From: Octopus sinensis
Lineage: Eukaryota
NCBI RefSeq assembly: GCF_006345805.1
Contig: NC_043006.1
Coordinates: 42,780,001 to 42,844,000 of the forward strand
Reading direction: 5' to 3'
DNA length: 64,000 nucleotides
How positions within the stretch are numbered: position 1 is the stretch's first letter; each line of letters begins with the position of its first letter. A program made the position numbers and the translations under genes. Under the pieces are notes generated by a model. That model had not been told where the DNA came from and did no database searches. It saw nothing but the letters and a program-made list of their open reading frames with translations. Below are positions 48,972 through 61,754 of the stretch, one piece after another.

Positions 48972-49014
48972 GCTTTAATCAATTTTTGAACCTTATTGGG
49001 CTCTCATCAGAGGC
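48972..49014 (-). ncRNA. Minimal hammerhead motif, decayed
   Basis: GCCT-CTGATGA-GAGCC(CAATAA)GGTTC-AAAA-A-TTGA-T-TA-AAGC; G12>A; stem III near palindrome AAT(C>T)GATT. Confidence 0.6.
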
Positions 49015-49457
49015 GTCTACATCATTCTGACAGTCTCCCTAACTGCAAACTTAAATTTTTTTCAAAGCTATTACAGTAATGATGTTAAATATCTGCCAAA
49101 AATAGAATTGGTATTTTCTACAAGTCATGTTACCTCAATAAACTTGACATATCACAACAAATAATAATTTCTGATATGACTTCCTCAACAAAACATAGTT
49201 TAGTATATAAAACATCCTTTCTGCAGTTCAGGATAATGAAATTTTGAGTGTATATATCTGATTTCCATAGTTTAACCCTTTTAGATGGTTGTGGTCTCAC
49301 ATGGTGAAACCATCTTATGACTTCATTCAGAAAGCTGGAATAGAAGATGTCATTCAAAGAAAGACCACTGTACAATGAATGTCCACAGAACCAAGCTGTA
49401 GCTTTTAAATGTTTTTACTCCAGGTCACAAATATATACAAGTTGAATAAATTACGAA

Positions 49458-49868
49458 AGGCGTAGGAATGGCAGTGTGGTAAGTAGCTTGCTTACGAACC
49501 ACATGGTCCTGGGTTCAGTCCCACTGCATGACACTTTGGGCAAGTGTCTTCTACTATAGCCTCGGGCCAACCAAAGCCTTGTGAGTGGATTTAGTAGATG
49601 GAAACTGAAAGAAGCCCATCGTATATATGTATGTGTGTGTGTGTATGTTTGTGTCTGTGTTTCTCCCCCCCCCCAACATCACTTAACAACTGATGCTGGT
49701 GTGTTTACGTCCCCGTAACTTAGCAGTTCGGCAAAAGAGACTAATAGAATAAGTACTAGGCTTACAAAGAATAAGTCCTGGGGTCGATTTGCTCGACTAA
49801 AGGTGGTGCTCCAGCATGGCCACAGTCAAATGACTGAAACAAGTAAAAGAGTAAAAGAGTAAAAGAGT
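49458..49868 (+). mobile_element. SINE family A
   Basis: Match to family. Confidence 0.92.
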
Positions 49869-50244
49869 TATTTACAAGTGAAAGGCCATGTTCAGCTTCT
49901 GTGTATCCTGCGTCATAGCAGCTCAATGTCCATTAGCTGTTGTGTGCTTTATGCAAGAGCTAATGAAGTCACATCCTTGCATGCTGCTGTCGCAATGACA
50001 AAAAGGAAGGACTAAGTGCTGGAACATCAGAATTACATGCTGTGTCACCTAGTGGCGAGCTGTTTAGACAGTTACTGTCAGGGGAGGTAACTGCGCCTAC
50101 ACCCTTTTGATACCAGCTTGCCCTGAGACAGCTCCTGGCTTTGTGGTACAAATATCTTGTTTACAAGAATCTTGAATTAAAATCTTCCATCAGAACATAA
50201 GTGTTCATTTATGATCTCAACACCAATTAATAATGACAAAGTTA

Positions 50245-50356
50245 GTAGGCCCAAGGCTATAGTAAAGACACTTGCTGAAGGTGTCATGCAGTGAGGCTGG
50301 ACCTGGAACCATGTGGTTGGGAAGCAAGCTTCTTAGCACACAGCCACTCCTGTGCC
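50245..50356 (-). mobile_element. SINE family A head fragment
   Basis: Match to family. Confidence 0.75.
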
Positions 50357-50366
50357 TATATATATA

Positions 50367-50406
<40 letters not shown>

Positions 50407-50499
50407 AGTAATAATATTAGGGAATATTATTCCAAACTTACAGGGAAAAATTCAATTTAGAAATACTAAATCAAATTTCACAAAATATAATATATATAT

Positions 50500-51330
50500 A
50501 AATCAAATCAAATCAAATCAAAACAAATCAAAATAGATGAACATTAATGGAATTGTATCTTTGTGGTACCAGTGCCGGTGGCACACAAGAAAACCATCCG
50601 AACGTGGCCGTAGCCAGTACCGCACCGACTGGCCTCCGTGCTGTGGGCACGTAACAAACACCATCCGATCGTGGCCGTTCGCCAGCCTCATCTGGCACCT
50701 GTGTCGGTGGCACATAAAAACACCATCCGAAGACACGGCAAGACTAGTCAGGCCATAACCTGTGGCCCCTACCTTGTGACACTTGTGAAGACCGAAGACC
50801 TGTTGAGGCAAGTGAAAATCAAAACAAATCAAAATAGATAAACATCAATGGAATTTGTATCTTTGTGGTACCAGTGCCGGTGGCACGTGGCACACAAGAA
50901 AACCATCCGAACGTGGCCGTAGCCAGTACCGCATCCACTGGCCTCCATGCTGTGGGCACGTAACAAACACCATCCGATCGTGGCCGTTTGCCAGCCTCAT
51001 CTGGCACCTGTGTCGGTGGCACATAAAAACACCATCCGAGCGTGGCCGTCTGCCAGCCTCGTCTGGCACCTGTGTCGGTGGCACATAAAAACACCATCCG
51101 AGCGTGGCCGTTGCCAGCCTCGTCTGGCACCTTGTCGGTGGCACATAAAATCACCCACTACACTCTCGGAGTGGTTGGCGTTAGGAAGGGCATCCAGCTG
51201 TAGAAACACTGCCAGATCTGACTGGACTGGTGCAGCTTTCGGGCTCCCCAGACCCCAGTTGAACCGTCCAACCCATGCTAGCATGGAAAGCGGACGTTAA
51301 ATGATGATGATAATGATGATGATGATGATA
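50500..51330 (+). mobile_element. Extended SINE family C copy with a 300-bp direct repeat and an internal array of about 60-bp modules
   Basis: 50516-50730 repeated at 50816-51036; recurring gtggcacNtaaaaacaccatccgaNcgtggccgt; family C 3' end at 51160-51330. Confidence 0.85.
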
Positions 51331-51332
51331 TG

Positions 51333-51645
51333 AATTAGAAAAAAACACCTTTTATCAATTCAACAATGAAATAATTAAATTATACCATATAGAAAAAAAT
51401 TATATCCTAGAGAAAAAAATAAAATATAAGATAAAAACATATACCAATGATTAAGCAATGTGCAAAATAAAATTTAGCCATGAAACACGTGTAGTCATTT
51501 TACCAAACATACATTTTAGTTATTATTTTGCACATTGCTTAATCATTGCTATATGTTTTTTCTATAGGATGTAATTTTTTTTTATATGGTATAATTTAAT
51601 TTTTTCATTGTTGAAGTGATAAAAGGTGTTTTTTTTCTAATTTAC
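51333..51645. repeat. AT-rich inverted repeat of the same family as 45277-45515
   Basis: aattagaaaaaaacaccttttatca...tgattaagcaatgtgcaaaataa versus ttattttgcacattgcttaatca...tgataaaaggtgttttttttctaatt. Confidence 0.85.
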
Positions 51646-51659
51646 ACATATATATATAT

Positions 51660-51810
51660 ATATATTATATAAAATAGTTCTGTCTGTCTGTCTGTGTGTC
51701 TTCTAGGATCTCGGGCATCCTCCATCCGATTGTGCTCAAATTTGATATGTAGATACCAACAGTATCAGGGCGTGTATAAGTCTTGAAGAAATTACAAAAA
51801 TCGATTCCAG
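51660..51810 (+). mobile_element. Helitron-like 5' fragment
   Basis: tatataaaata...gtctgtctgtctgtgtgtc start like 10017 and 54484. Confidence 0.4.
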
Positions 51811-52212
51811 GTGAGAATGCAATCGATAAAGCTGTTTTTGTCCTGCTTTTCTTCCATCAACCTGTACATAACTGCACCTTCTATTTTTTGTTGTTTTTGT
51901 ACTGCTTAGAGGCATGTTTCTTTCCTGCCAAGCGTACTGTTTAAACCATGTTTGTGTTGTCCCAGACAACAGCCTTATCATTACTGATACTTTAAACTCT
52001 TCGGTTGCATATTTGTGTGAATAAAATCGTTTTTCTTTGGAATAGAAAAAAAGTCTATCTTTATTTCTTCTTTTCCTGGTGTCTCAAATTTAGGTTAAAT
52101 CAGTGTTTCTCAAAGGGGAAGCCTATGGGACGGTCAGACAAGTTGTTTTGAGAAAATTTGGTTTAAATGTTTGACAACTCAGCACCGTCCATTGGACAGG
52201 GAGCGTTTTGCT

Positions 52213-52255
<43 letters not shown>

Positions 52256-52261
52256 TTTTTA

Positions 52262-52487
52262 TTCCTTTATTCTTTTGCTTGTTTCAGTCACTTGATGTGG
52301 GCATGCTGGAGCACTACCTTTAGTCAAACAAATTGACCCTGGGGCATATTCTTTTGTAAGCCTAGCACTTATTCTTCAGTCTCTTTTGCTGAACCGCTAA
52401 GTTATGGGGGGCATAAACGCACCAACATCAGTTGTCGAGATATGGTAGGTGACAAACACAGACACACGCACACAAATATATACATAC

Positions 52488-52526
<39 letters not shown>

Positions 52527-52686
52527 ATGGGCATCTTCCAGTTTCTGTCTGCCAAATCCACTCACAAGGCTTAGGTTGGCAAGAGGCTATAGCAGAAGTG
52601 ACTTGTTCAAGGTATATGCAGTGGGACTGAATCCGGAACCATGTGGCTGGTAAGCAAGCTACTTAACTCACAGACACTCCTGCACC
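52262..52686 (-). mobile_element. SINE family A
   Basis: Match to family. Confidence 0.85.
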
Positions 52687-52719
52687 AATATATATATTTG
52701 TATGTACATATATATATCA

Positions 52720-53025
52720 CCGTGATCACTGTGACCAACCAGGCTATCAGATGTTGCTACACATCGCTGGTCACAATGCGAAGTGCATTGTTTTAGCCTT
52801 CAAATGATGCCACCCCGCTGGCTAAGCAAGCAGGCCAACAGAAGAAAGAATGAGAGAAAGTTGCGGCGAAAGAATACAGCAGGGACCGCCACCACCCCCT
52901 GCCAGTGCCTCGTGGAGCTTTAGGTGTTTTCGCTCAATAAACACTCACAACGCCTGATCTGGGAATCGAAGCCGCAATCCTACGATCGCGAGTTCACCGC
53001 CCTAACCACTGGGCCATTGCGCCTC

Positions 53026-53030
<5 letters not shown>
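52720..53030 (-). mobile_element. SINE family D-related (same head, different body)
   Basis: 52850-53030 matches the family D head; 52720-52850 differs. Confidence 0.8.
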
Positions 53031-53082
<52 letters not shown>

Positions 53083-53286
53083 ATATATATATATTTGTAT
53101 GTATGTGTGTATGTATATATATATATATATATATATATTCATATATATATGTATAATAGAATTTTTACAAGTTCCCATCTGCTGGTACTGAACCTGAAAC
53201 CATATGGTTGGGAAGCAAACTTCTTATCACACAGCCATACCATCTTTAACTATATCATTCTGTTCAAAGATATCTTCAGCAGCACT

Positions 53287-53519
53287 CTTTTACTCTTTTA
53301 TTTGTTTCAGTCAGTTGATTGTGGCCATGCTGGAGCACCGCCTTTAGTCAAGCAAATCACCCCCAGAACTTATTCTTTGTAAGTTAGTACTTATTCTTTT
53401 GATCTCTTTTACCGAACCACCAAGTTATGGGGATGTAAACACACCAGCATCGGTTGACAAGCAATGTTGGGGGGACAAACACCGACACACAAACAAATAC
53501 ACACACATGCATATTTATA

Positions 53520-53550
<31 letters not shown>

Positions 53551-53728
53551 GAATATATACATATATACGACGAGCTTCTTTCAGTTTCCATCTACCATAT
53601 CCACTCATAAGGCTTTGGTTGGCCCAAGGTTATAGTAGAAAACCCTTGCCCAAGATGCCACACAGTGGGACTGAACCCAGAACCATGTGGTTGGTAAGTA
53701 AGCTACTTACCACACAGCCTCTCCTACG
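53287..53728 (-). mobile_element. SINE family A
   Basis: Match to family; additional head fragment at 53165-53240. Confidence 0.9.
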
Positions 53729-54483
53729 TAAATATTCATGCACTCACACGCACACAAAATTCATATAAAACCAGACATAAACATATATTTAATCACACTG
53801 TGGAAAAAATATAACCCATATATTAAATGTCATATATGACTCTTATATACATGTTTATTCATAACCACACTGTTTTAGTACAAATGTGGATTGCTCCTCA
53901 CCATCGACCTTGCACCATTATCGCATGTTTTTAAGGTTGTCATGATTTTGATATTTCCATGAGCTTCTGTGTTTCTAAACTTTGGCAAACAGAATATAAG
54001 TTAAGTGATTCCTGACAACTCTCTAGCGAAAGATGAAGCCAGTCAGTTCAGTTTGGACTTTACTCTCATGCATTCTGTTTACACAGTGAGATAGAATATA
54101 TGTTTATTAAATATATCATACATGAGTTCTGTATAAATATTTATTCGTTGAACATTCGGTAATATCAAAACAGTATTAGAACATTACAAAGTAGCGACAA
54201 TTTGCTCAATTTGAAAATTATCAAACAGACTTGTAAAGTGATGATAAATTTTCAATTTATTAAATGCGCCGTACAAATGTCTACAATTATATAATTAAGA
54301 GGCTTGCTTTGCAACCACATGGTTTTAGGTTCAGCCCCACTATACAGCACCTTCAGCAAGTGTCTTCTACTATGGACCTAATCTAACTAATGCCTTGTAA
54401 ATGAGTAAGTGATTTCATAGACACAAATGTTATTGAAGCCCAAAGTACACACACACACACATATATATATATGTATGTATATG

Positions 54484-55989
54484 TCTATATATATAAAACT
54501 GAGAATGTGTGTCTGTCTGTCTGTGTGTTTCCCTAAAACTTGAGAACTACACAACCTATTTCATTCAAATTTTACACATGTCTTACTTAAGGTTCATGTA
54601 GTTTCATGGGAAAAAAATGTTCGACTTCTTACCTAGGGCAAGCCCATAGCAACATCATATCTTCTCCACTATTTCAGTATTACGTGTTAAAAGTGAAACA
54701 AAAACATTTTTCTATTTTATGTCAGATACTTTCACTTTAACAATAAAAATTAGAGATAATAATAACAATTGAATTATATGTAGTAAGTAATAATAAAATC
54801 AAATTAAAGTATAATATGATAATTAAATCGTAACATAACAATTAAAAGTAAAAATAGCAATTGGTATAAAATTGCATCAATGACTTGATCTTGAATAAGT
54901 GGTTTCACATGAATGGGAATAAATTAAAATAAAATTAATGCACAGAAATAGTATAGTCCAGATGGAGCTGTGCACATACCCTTTACCATGGCTTTTACAT
55001 TAGATTATCTGCTAGCATTAAGTATCTATATGAAGTTTGGCTGTATGTAACGTCTGTTTTCTCGAACAGCTGCTTCTACTGAGTACTGCTGTTGGTTTAT
55101 TTCTTATACATAAAGGACTATAGCTTCAGCTGCATACTGCTTTTTGATTCACTATAAGGTTTGTTATTATTATTACTGTTTAACTATTGTTATCACGTTT
55201 ATTGGTTCCTTGTAAGGGAAACGTTGTTGTGTTGCATTTGTTAAATAATTGTAAACCGTAACCATCCCCCTTTGGGAGAAGGAGCTTTGATTATTGTTTA
55301 AAAATTGAATTGTGTCCCTGTTTGGGGAAATTGACAATATTTTCACCGTTTATACGGAAGCATTTTTGTTAAAATGCCTTCGATAGAAGAAAGTCCAAAA
55401 ATGAATTTCGTTGCAGCCATCGGCAGGCACAAACTCATTAAAATTAAATGGAAGAAATACAAACCTATTTTGCATTGATCACCGACAAAGACGGTGAATC
55501 TAGGATAACACCACCAAACGAAATAAAAAATTAAATTAAAGAAAAGACTATTGTCTATAAAGTACACAATGTAGAGAAAAAAAAGATTTGAACACCTGGA
55601 GGAAAGCACCATCGAAAAGTGTCTTGGTGTGACTATGAAAGATATCAAGTATCTAACCAGAGGCAGGTAAATTCACCACAATAGAAGCAAGGTTCAAGTC
55701 AATGGAGTGTGCAAGGGAGTACTCGACTCGAACCATGCAAAGTGAAATATTTAATTTTTACCTTTATATCTGGGACGTAGGACATCCCGGATAAAAATTA
55801 AATATGTCCTCCCAGAAGTAGAGGTAGGCCGGATTGTAGCCACACTTCTATACAAGAGGGAGGACAAGATACAATTGATCGAAATTGAAAGAGACAGGCC
55901 TACAATTCCAGTCCGTTATATATTTTGAGTATTGTTATCACTAGCGATATCAAGATATAACTTTGTATAACACCGGGTCATAATGCTAG
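54484..55989 (+). mobile_element. Helitron-like element (about 1.5 kb) enclosing a LINE ORF1-like fragment
   Basis: 5' TCTATATATATAAAACTGAGAATGTGTGTCTG; 3' aacaccgggtcataatgCTAG-t; FLPLYLGRRTSRIKIKYVLPEVEVGRI at about 55755-55830. Confidence 0.55.
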
Positions 55990-56151
55990 TATGTATATAT
56001 ATATATGTGTATTTGACAAGTCCTAGAGAGGAACGAAAAAGCACTAATAAGAAATAAAAGGATTTTTTCCAAAATTCTGACAACTTTTTTCTCAATATTC
56101 AATTCTGCACATCACACCTAACACTGTACATATATATGTATATATATATAT

Positions 56152-56245
56152 ATCATCATCATCATCATTTAGCGTCCGTTTTCCATGCTAGCCTGGGTTG
56201 GACGGTTCAACTGGGGTCTGGGGAGCCCGAAGGCTGCACCAGGCC
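56152..56245 (-). mobile_element. SINE family C 3' fragment
   Basis: Match to family. Confidence 0.85.
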
Positions 56246-56620
56246 AATATATATATATATATGTATGTATATATGAGTGTAGTGTATGTTTGTGTGTTTG
56301 TGCATGTGGGAGGTGTATATTAATACTATTAATTAGTACTACAAACATAACTATTATAAATTATTATGAGTAATATAAAAATCTCACTGTATCTACACCC
56401 CTTCTCCCACTAAAACCTATTGGCATATCCCACTATTGTTTTTTGTTTTTTTATTATTTATCCACCCTTTCCCCCCACCCCCTTTACAAAAGATTAATCC
56501 ACCAATTGCTATTTTAGTTTAGTCATTTTCTTAATGACACACAAGCAAAATCGTATGATTACAACCATATACAACTTTCCCTTTTTCCAAACTTTGCTCT
56601 TCTTTTTTATTTATTCTTCA

Positions 56621-56730
56621 CTCTGATGAAGCTCCTTGTTTCACATCGGTTTTACTATCAAATATTTTAATATATTTTTGCATATCAATGGTAATACCAT
56701 ACAACACTGGAAGCAGAAACAGCTGTTAGA
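56621..56730 (+). ncRNA. Type I hammerhead motif, core intact, 86-nt stem II, weak stem I
   Basis: CT-CTGATGA-AGCTCC...GGAAGCA-GAAA-C-AGCT-G-TT-AGA; arm GGTTTTACTAT/ATGGTAATACC. Confidence 0.65.
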
Positions 56731-56823
56731 TGGGATGCAGTCTATTTGCATTGAATTAAAATATAATAATTGATGTCAATCAATTGTTATTCATCAGTAC
56801 TCCCCTTTTTGTTTTCTTTACAC

Positions 56824-56869
<46 letters not shown>

Positions 56870-56885
56870 ATATTATATATATAAT

Positions 56886-57028
56886 TTGGCGTTAGGAAGG
56901 CATCCAGCCGTAGAAACATTGCAGATCAAACGGGCTTGGTGCAGCCTTCTGGCTTCCCAGACCCCAGTTAAACCGTCCAACCATGTTAGCATGGAAAGCG
57001 GACGCTAAACGATGATGATGATGATGAT
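56886..57028 (+). mobile_element. SINE family C 3' fragment
   Basis: Match to family. Confidence 0.85.
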
Positions 57029-57550
57029 AATATACAGCTGTAAAAAGTTGAATGTAGATTCGTCCTTTAATTTGGAGGTTTCCGAAAAAGATTTCTAATG
57101 TCGATTCTTCATATTTTGCTGGTAGTTTACTGGTGTAAATTTGCGAATATGAAAATAATACTTGTATATGATGTGTTGGGAACTTATGGGAAGAAATTCC
57201 ATAAAACTCAACAATTTTGTTAAAAATGGAGAAGACAAGTTGTTAAAATATATAAGAGAATTTTAGTTCATGCAGACGATCGTTTTGTACAGATATATAA
57301 AAATAATGCAAATTCATGATTGAACTGAATTAAAATAAATTAATTAAATAAATTAATTATATATCATTGTACCCTTCAGTGCAGGAAGTATAAACAAAAC
57401 TTTTACAATAAACTTGAGAAAGGAAATAGCAGAAGAATAGAATTTAGGAGATTCATATTTATCTTTATAAGAAAGAGATGTGAGTCCATGTATTATATAT
57501 CCTAAAAAGAAGCACACTCTAAATTATGGACATCTCATCAGACTCTTATG

Positions 57551-58110
57551 CCAGGAGTGACTGTGTGGTAAGAAGCTTGCTTCCCAACCACATGGCTCTG
57601 GGTTCAGTCCCACTGCTTGGCACTTTAGGAAAATGTCTTCTACTATAGCTTCAGGCTGACCAAAGCCTTGTGAGTGGATTTGGTAGACGGAAACTTAAAG
57701 AAGCCTGTCGTATATATATATATATAGGCATGGAAGTAGCTGTGTTGTAAGCAACTTGCTTACCAACTACATGATTCTGGGTTCAGTCCCACTGCCTAGC
57801 ACCTTCAGCAAATGTCTCCTACTATAGCTTCAGGTCGACCAAAGTCTTGTGAGTGGATATGGTAGATGGAAACTGAAAGAAGCCCATCGTAAATATGTGT
57901 GTGTGTGTGTGTGTATGTATGTTTGTATGTCTGTGTTTGTCCCTCCAACATCGCTTGACAACCGATGGTGGTGTGTTTACATGTCCCCGTAACTTAGTAG
58001 TTCAGCAAACAGAACTGATAGAATAAGTACTAGGCTTACAAAGAATAAGTCCTGGTAGTGCTCCAGCATGGCCGCAGTCAAATAACTGAAACAAGTAAAA
58101 GAATAAAAGA
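57551..58110 (+). mobile_element. Two tandem SINE family A copies (head-only 57551-57715; full 57726-58110)
   Basis: Match to family. Confidence 0.88.
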
Positions 58111-58189
58111 ATATATATAATTTTGGACAATTAAGTTAAGAGGTGGCATACAGCAATCAGCCTAGAGTAGCAAAGAATATTTCATGGAC

Positions 58190-58390
58190 ACTAAGGCAGC
58201 AAGCTGGCAAAAACGTTAGTAAACCAGGCGAAATGCTTAGCAGTATTTTGTCTGTCTTTACATTCTAAGTTCAAATTCCACTGAGGTCGACTTTGCCTTT
58301 CATTAAGTACCAGTTGTATACTGGATTCGATCTAATTGACTGGCCTCTTCCCCAAAAATTTCGAACTTTATTCCTAGAGTAGAAAAGGGT
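58190..58390 (+). mobile_element. SINE family B
   Basis: Match to family. Confidence 0.88.
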
Positions 58391-58719
58391 ACCTTATGTA
58401 CACTTTGTTATAAAACAATACTGAAGTAAGCAGTATCTGATTTGGTTTGATGATGTGGGTGTGAACCAGATTCAACTTTAATGTCAATGCACTATTCTTA
58501 ATATATATTTATACTCCACTTCCACCCCATGGTCCAATTCTTGTTGCAGTGTCATGCCTTGTCTGCCTCAATGGCCCATGAAAGCCATGAGAGATATGCC
58601 ATCAGAGAGCAAGCTCCTGGTAGAACCTTCCATGATGGACAAGTCATAGAGGTTGCATTAATATGGATCACCTCTTCCCAGAGAAAAAAAAGGCAGAATT
58701 CTACTTTATGCATGGCATA

Positions 58720-59130
58720 CTTTTTTTTCTTTTTTGGAATTTTGAGAAAATTTTTGCAAATTTATGTTCTACACACAGGAAATCATGACTGCAAAAACTA
58801 AAAAAAATTTTTTGTGTGTGATTTAAGGGGTATTTAGCTGTTATTTCTAGCACATCTCACAACCACCTCATACTGTCATTGTTTGTCAGTCTGACATATT
58901 GATGTTTTTCAATATCTTTCTTCCCATAAACACATTTAGTGGTTTATTGCTGAGATTTAAGCTAAATTTTGGTCAGTCTGTATTTTAAAATATGATTTGA
59001 AATTTTTTAAAAATTAATTAAAAAAAGAAATTTTTTTAAATTTTGCAAAATTAAAAAAATTTTTTTTTCTTTTTTCATAGTCGTGTGAATTTCCATGTGT
59101 AGAACAGAAATTTCTGAAAATTCAAAAAAG
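58720..59130. mobile_element. MITE-like element with diverged inverted arms
   Basis: gttctacacacaggaaatcatgact inverts agtcgtgtgaatttccatgtgtagaac. Confidence 0.5.
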
Positions 59131-59239
59131 TAAACAAGTTATGAGGTGTTATACTGGGTGCTTAAAGCAGAATATTCTGCAGGTAAAAATGGGTTTGTGC
59201 ACAGCAGATTCCTCTAACTAGAAAAGAGATAAATTACAG

Positions 59240-59450
59240 AAATATTGCTGACAATTAAAAAACAACAGGACCCGGGAGAAGAAGACCTTTTCCCAGGAAT
59301 ACATGATTCACTGCAGTAATATCTGAAAGGAAGAGCTGGAAAAGCAGGGATTCAACTGGAGAGAAGTAGAAAAGACAACCCAGGATCAAAAACAGAGGAG
59401 AAAAGTTATCAATGGCCTAATGTTGCATATGAAGTGAAAGGCTTAAATGA
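59240..59450 (+). mobile_element. RTE-like LINE 3' end, decayed
   Basis: RRPFPRNT...WREVEKTTQDQ pattern across frameshifts. Confidence 0.45.
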
Positions 59451-59531
59451 GGCATATTTTCCACTTTGATTAATTCTTTTCACATGTATACATATATTTG
59501 TGTATATATGCACACAGACACACACACACAT

Positions 59532-59850
59532 ATCATCATCATCATCATCGCTTAACGTCCGTGTTCCATGCTAGCATGGGTTGGACGGTTCAACTGGGGT
59601 CTGGGAAGCCAGAAGGCTGCACCAGGCTCCAGTCTGATCTGGCAGTGTTTCTACAGCTGGATGCTCTTCCTAACACCAACCACTCCGTGAGTGTAGTGGG
59701 TGCTTTTTATGTGCAACCGGCACAGGTGCCAGTCGAGGCTGGCAACAGCCATGATCAGTTGGTGCTTTTTACGTGCCACCGGCAGGAAAGCCAGTCAAGG
59801 CAGCACCTGCACAGGAGTCAGTCCAGTGGCACGGGCAACTGCTGGGTGCC
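59532..59850 (-). mobile_element. SINE family C
   Basis: Match to family. Confidence 0.9.
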
Positions 59851-61225
59851 AGTCATAGGATTGGTTATATATATATATGTAAGTGACCAAAATGTATGTA
59901 CGCCGCTATGTCTTTATAAAAATGAATACCAAAAATGAGACAAGAACGCAAAACATCCAGACAGTTAGATGATACAAAAACGGGACAACAAAACATCCAG
60001 ACAGATGATACAAAAGAACAAGGACGGGTCATTCAGAGTTTTCTTTCTTCAGTCGAGTTCCACATTATCTTTGCAATTTCGGCTGGTTAAGCTTGAGATT
60101 GCTCCATTTTGGCCAGCCCCAAGGAAAAACTAACCTAAGAGCATTAGATTCCTTGGAAGAAAGCAGCGAATGTATACAAAAACAAGGATGGAAAAAATGG
60201 AGAAACGGTACACAAGTACAAATACAAATAAAAGACATTGACAACAGGTGTCTTTTGACTAAGGACGAATTAAATTTAGCTGGCGTGTGTGAAAGTGAAG
60301 CCTTATGGCAGGGCCATAAGAGATGACAGGCATAGTGAGGAATATAGATGTTGCACGGATGGTAGTCAAACCAAGAAAGAGAGGTCAGGCTTGGCTGAAC
60401 ACTAGTCATGTGGAGAGAGATGAGAGAGGTGGAGGCAGAGGGATAGGATTAGGGAGGGACTAGAAAAAAAGAAATGGGACAGAGTGAAATGAAAGAGGAG
60501 GGAAGGTGAGAATAAAGACAAAGCCAGGAGATGTGAGAGAGGGGAAACGAAAGAACGAAGAGTGGAAAGAACGAAGTGTGAAGAGGCATGTATGCACAAA
60601 TATATGTATATATGCAGGTGGGTATATAAAGGTGTGTGTCAGCACATATATACATACATGTGAATTTTATCTATAGTTTTCTTTTTAAATTATTAGCCTT
60701 GCCCTCTTTTCTCAATTTCAATAGATTTGGATTGTTAAGAGATATTTCAAGTATCTTTTATCTATTCATGTCAAACAAGGTCTCCTGACATTCAAACACA
60801 ATCTTCTGACAGATAAAAAAAAAAATAGGACAAAGGCTAAAAATGGGACATAAAAATTTATGGAGAAACAGAAGTGCTAAGTCTACAAGTGACTAACAAC
60901 GACCAGCAACAGAAGACAAAATAACAACCATGTAGTAGATCCTTATGTCTAAATGGTAACTAAATGACAATGAAAAAATAGAGTGAGTAAGTATCCTGAG
61001 ACCACAAATACAGTTTTAGTAGAAATGAGTCAGTGATCAGGTCACAGATGAACAATGAAAATTTGGACACATCAAATGAGTAATATTTTCTTGGCATGAA
61101 ACTGTTAATCATTATGAGGCATTGAGTTTTCCAAAGCATAAAATAGCATTAACATATGCCTATACATGTGTGTGTATGTGTGTTTATATATGTGTGTGTG
61201 CATAAACATATATATATATATACAT

Positions 61226-61440
61226 TATTTTACTTGTTTCAGTCATTTGACTGCAGCCATGCTGGAGCAACACATTTAGTTGAGAAAATTGACCCCAAGA
61301 CTTATTCTTTGTAAACCTAGTACTTATTCCACCAGTGTTTTTGCTGAACTGCTAAGTTACAGGGACGTAAATGCACCAACATTGGTTGTCAGGCAATGGT
61401 GGGGGCAGCAAACACAGACACACAAACATATACGTATATA
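61226..61440 (-). mobile_element. SINE family A, 3' half
   Basis: Match to family. Confidence 0.85.
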
Positions 61441-61467
61441 TATTCATATACATACATATATATGTAT

Positions 61468-61569
<102 letters not shown>

Positions 61570-61754
61570 TTACAATATATTATTATTAATACCGGGAAAT
61601 CAATATTAGAAAATTCTTCAGAAAGATATATACGTGTGTAAAATAATTGTTGTATTAAAAATATAGATATATATAAAAATATATGTAAATATGTATAAAT
61701 ATAAATATATAATGTATATGACAGTATAAAGGTTTTGAATTAAGTTTTTAAAGC

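Noticed and set aside
49920-50090. Plus-strand KEGLSAGTSELHAVSPSGELFRQLLSGE ending at a GTAACT donor
   Set aside because: In-frame stops just upstream and no credible acceptor between them and this stretch.
50795-50820. CTGTTGAG...GAAA in the 300-bp unit as a hammerhead
   Set aside because: The core is not CUGANGA and no stems I-III form.
50570-51150. CRISPR-like repeat and spacer pattern
   Set aside because: Eukaryotic context, no cas genes, degenerate repeats and mutually related spacers; it is an internal SINE array.
57510-57545. CTGATGA-GATGTCC on the minus strand (also 56791-56797, 12809-12815)
   Set aside because: No correctly placed GAAA...UH with a matching stem I.
58529-58801. 90-aa ORF in a repeat-poor patch
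   Set aside because: No recognisable motif; it runs into a MITE-like arm, and splice-based readings on either strand hit stops or lack donors.
60025-60125. CTGAAGA and GAAA motifs on the minus strand
   Set aside because: Order and pairing do not give consistent stems I and III; may be a PLE-related remnant.
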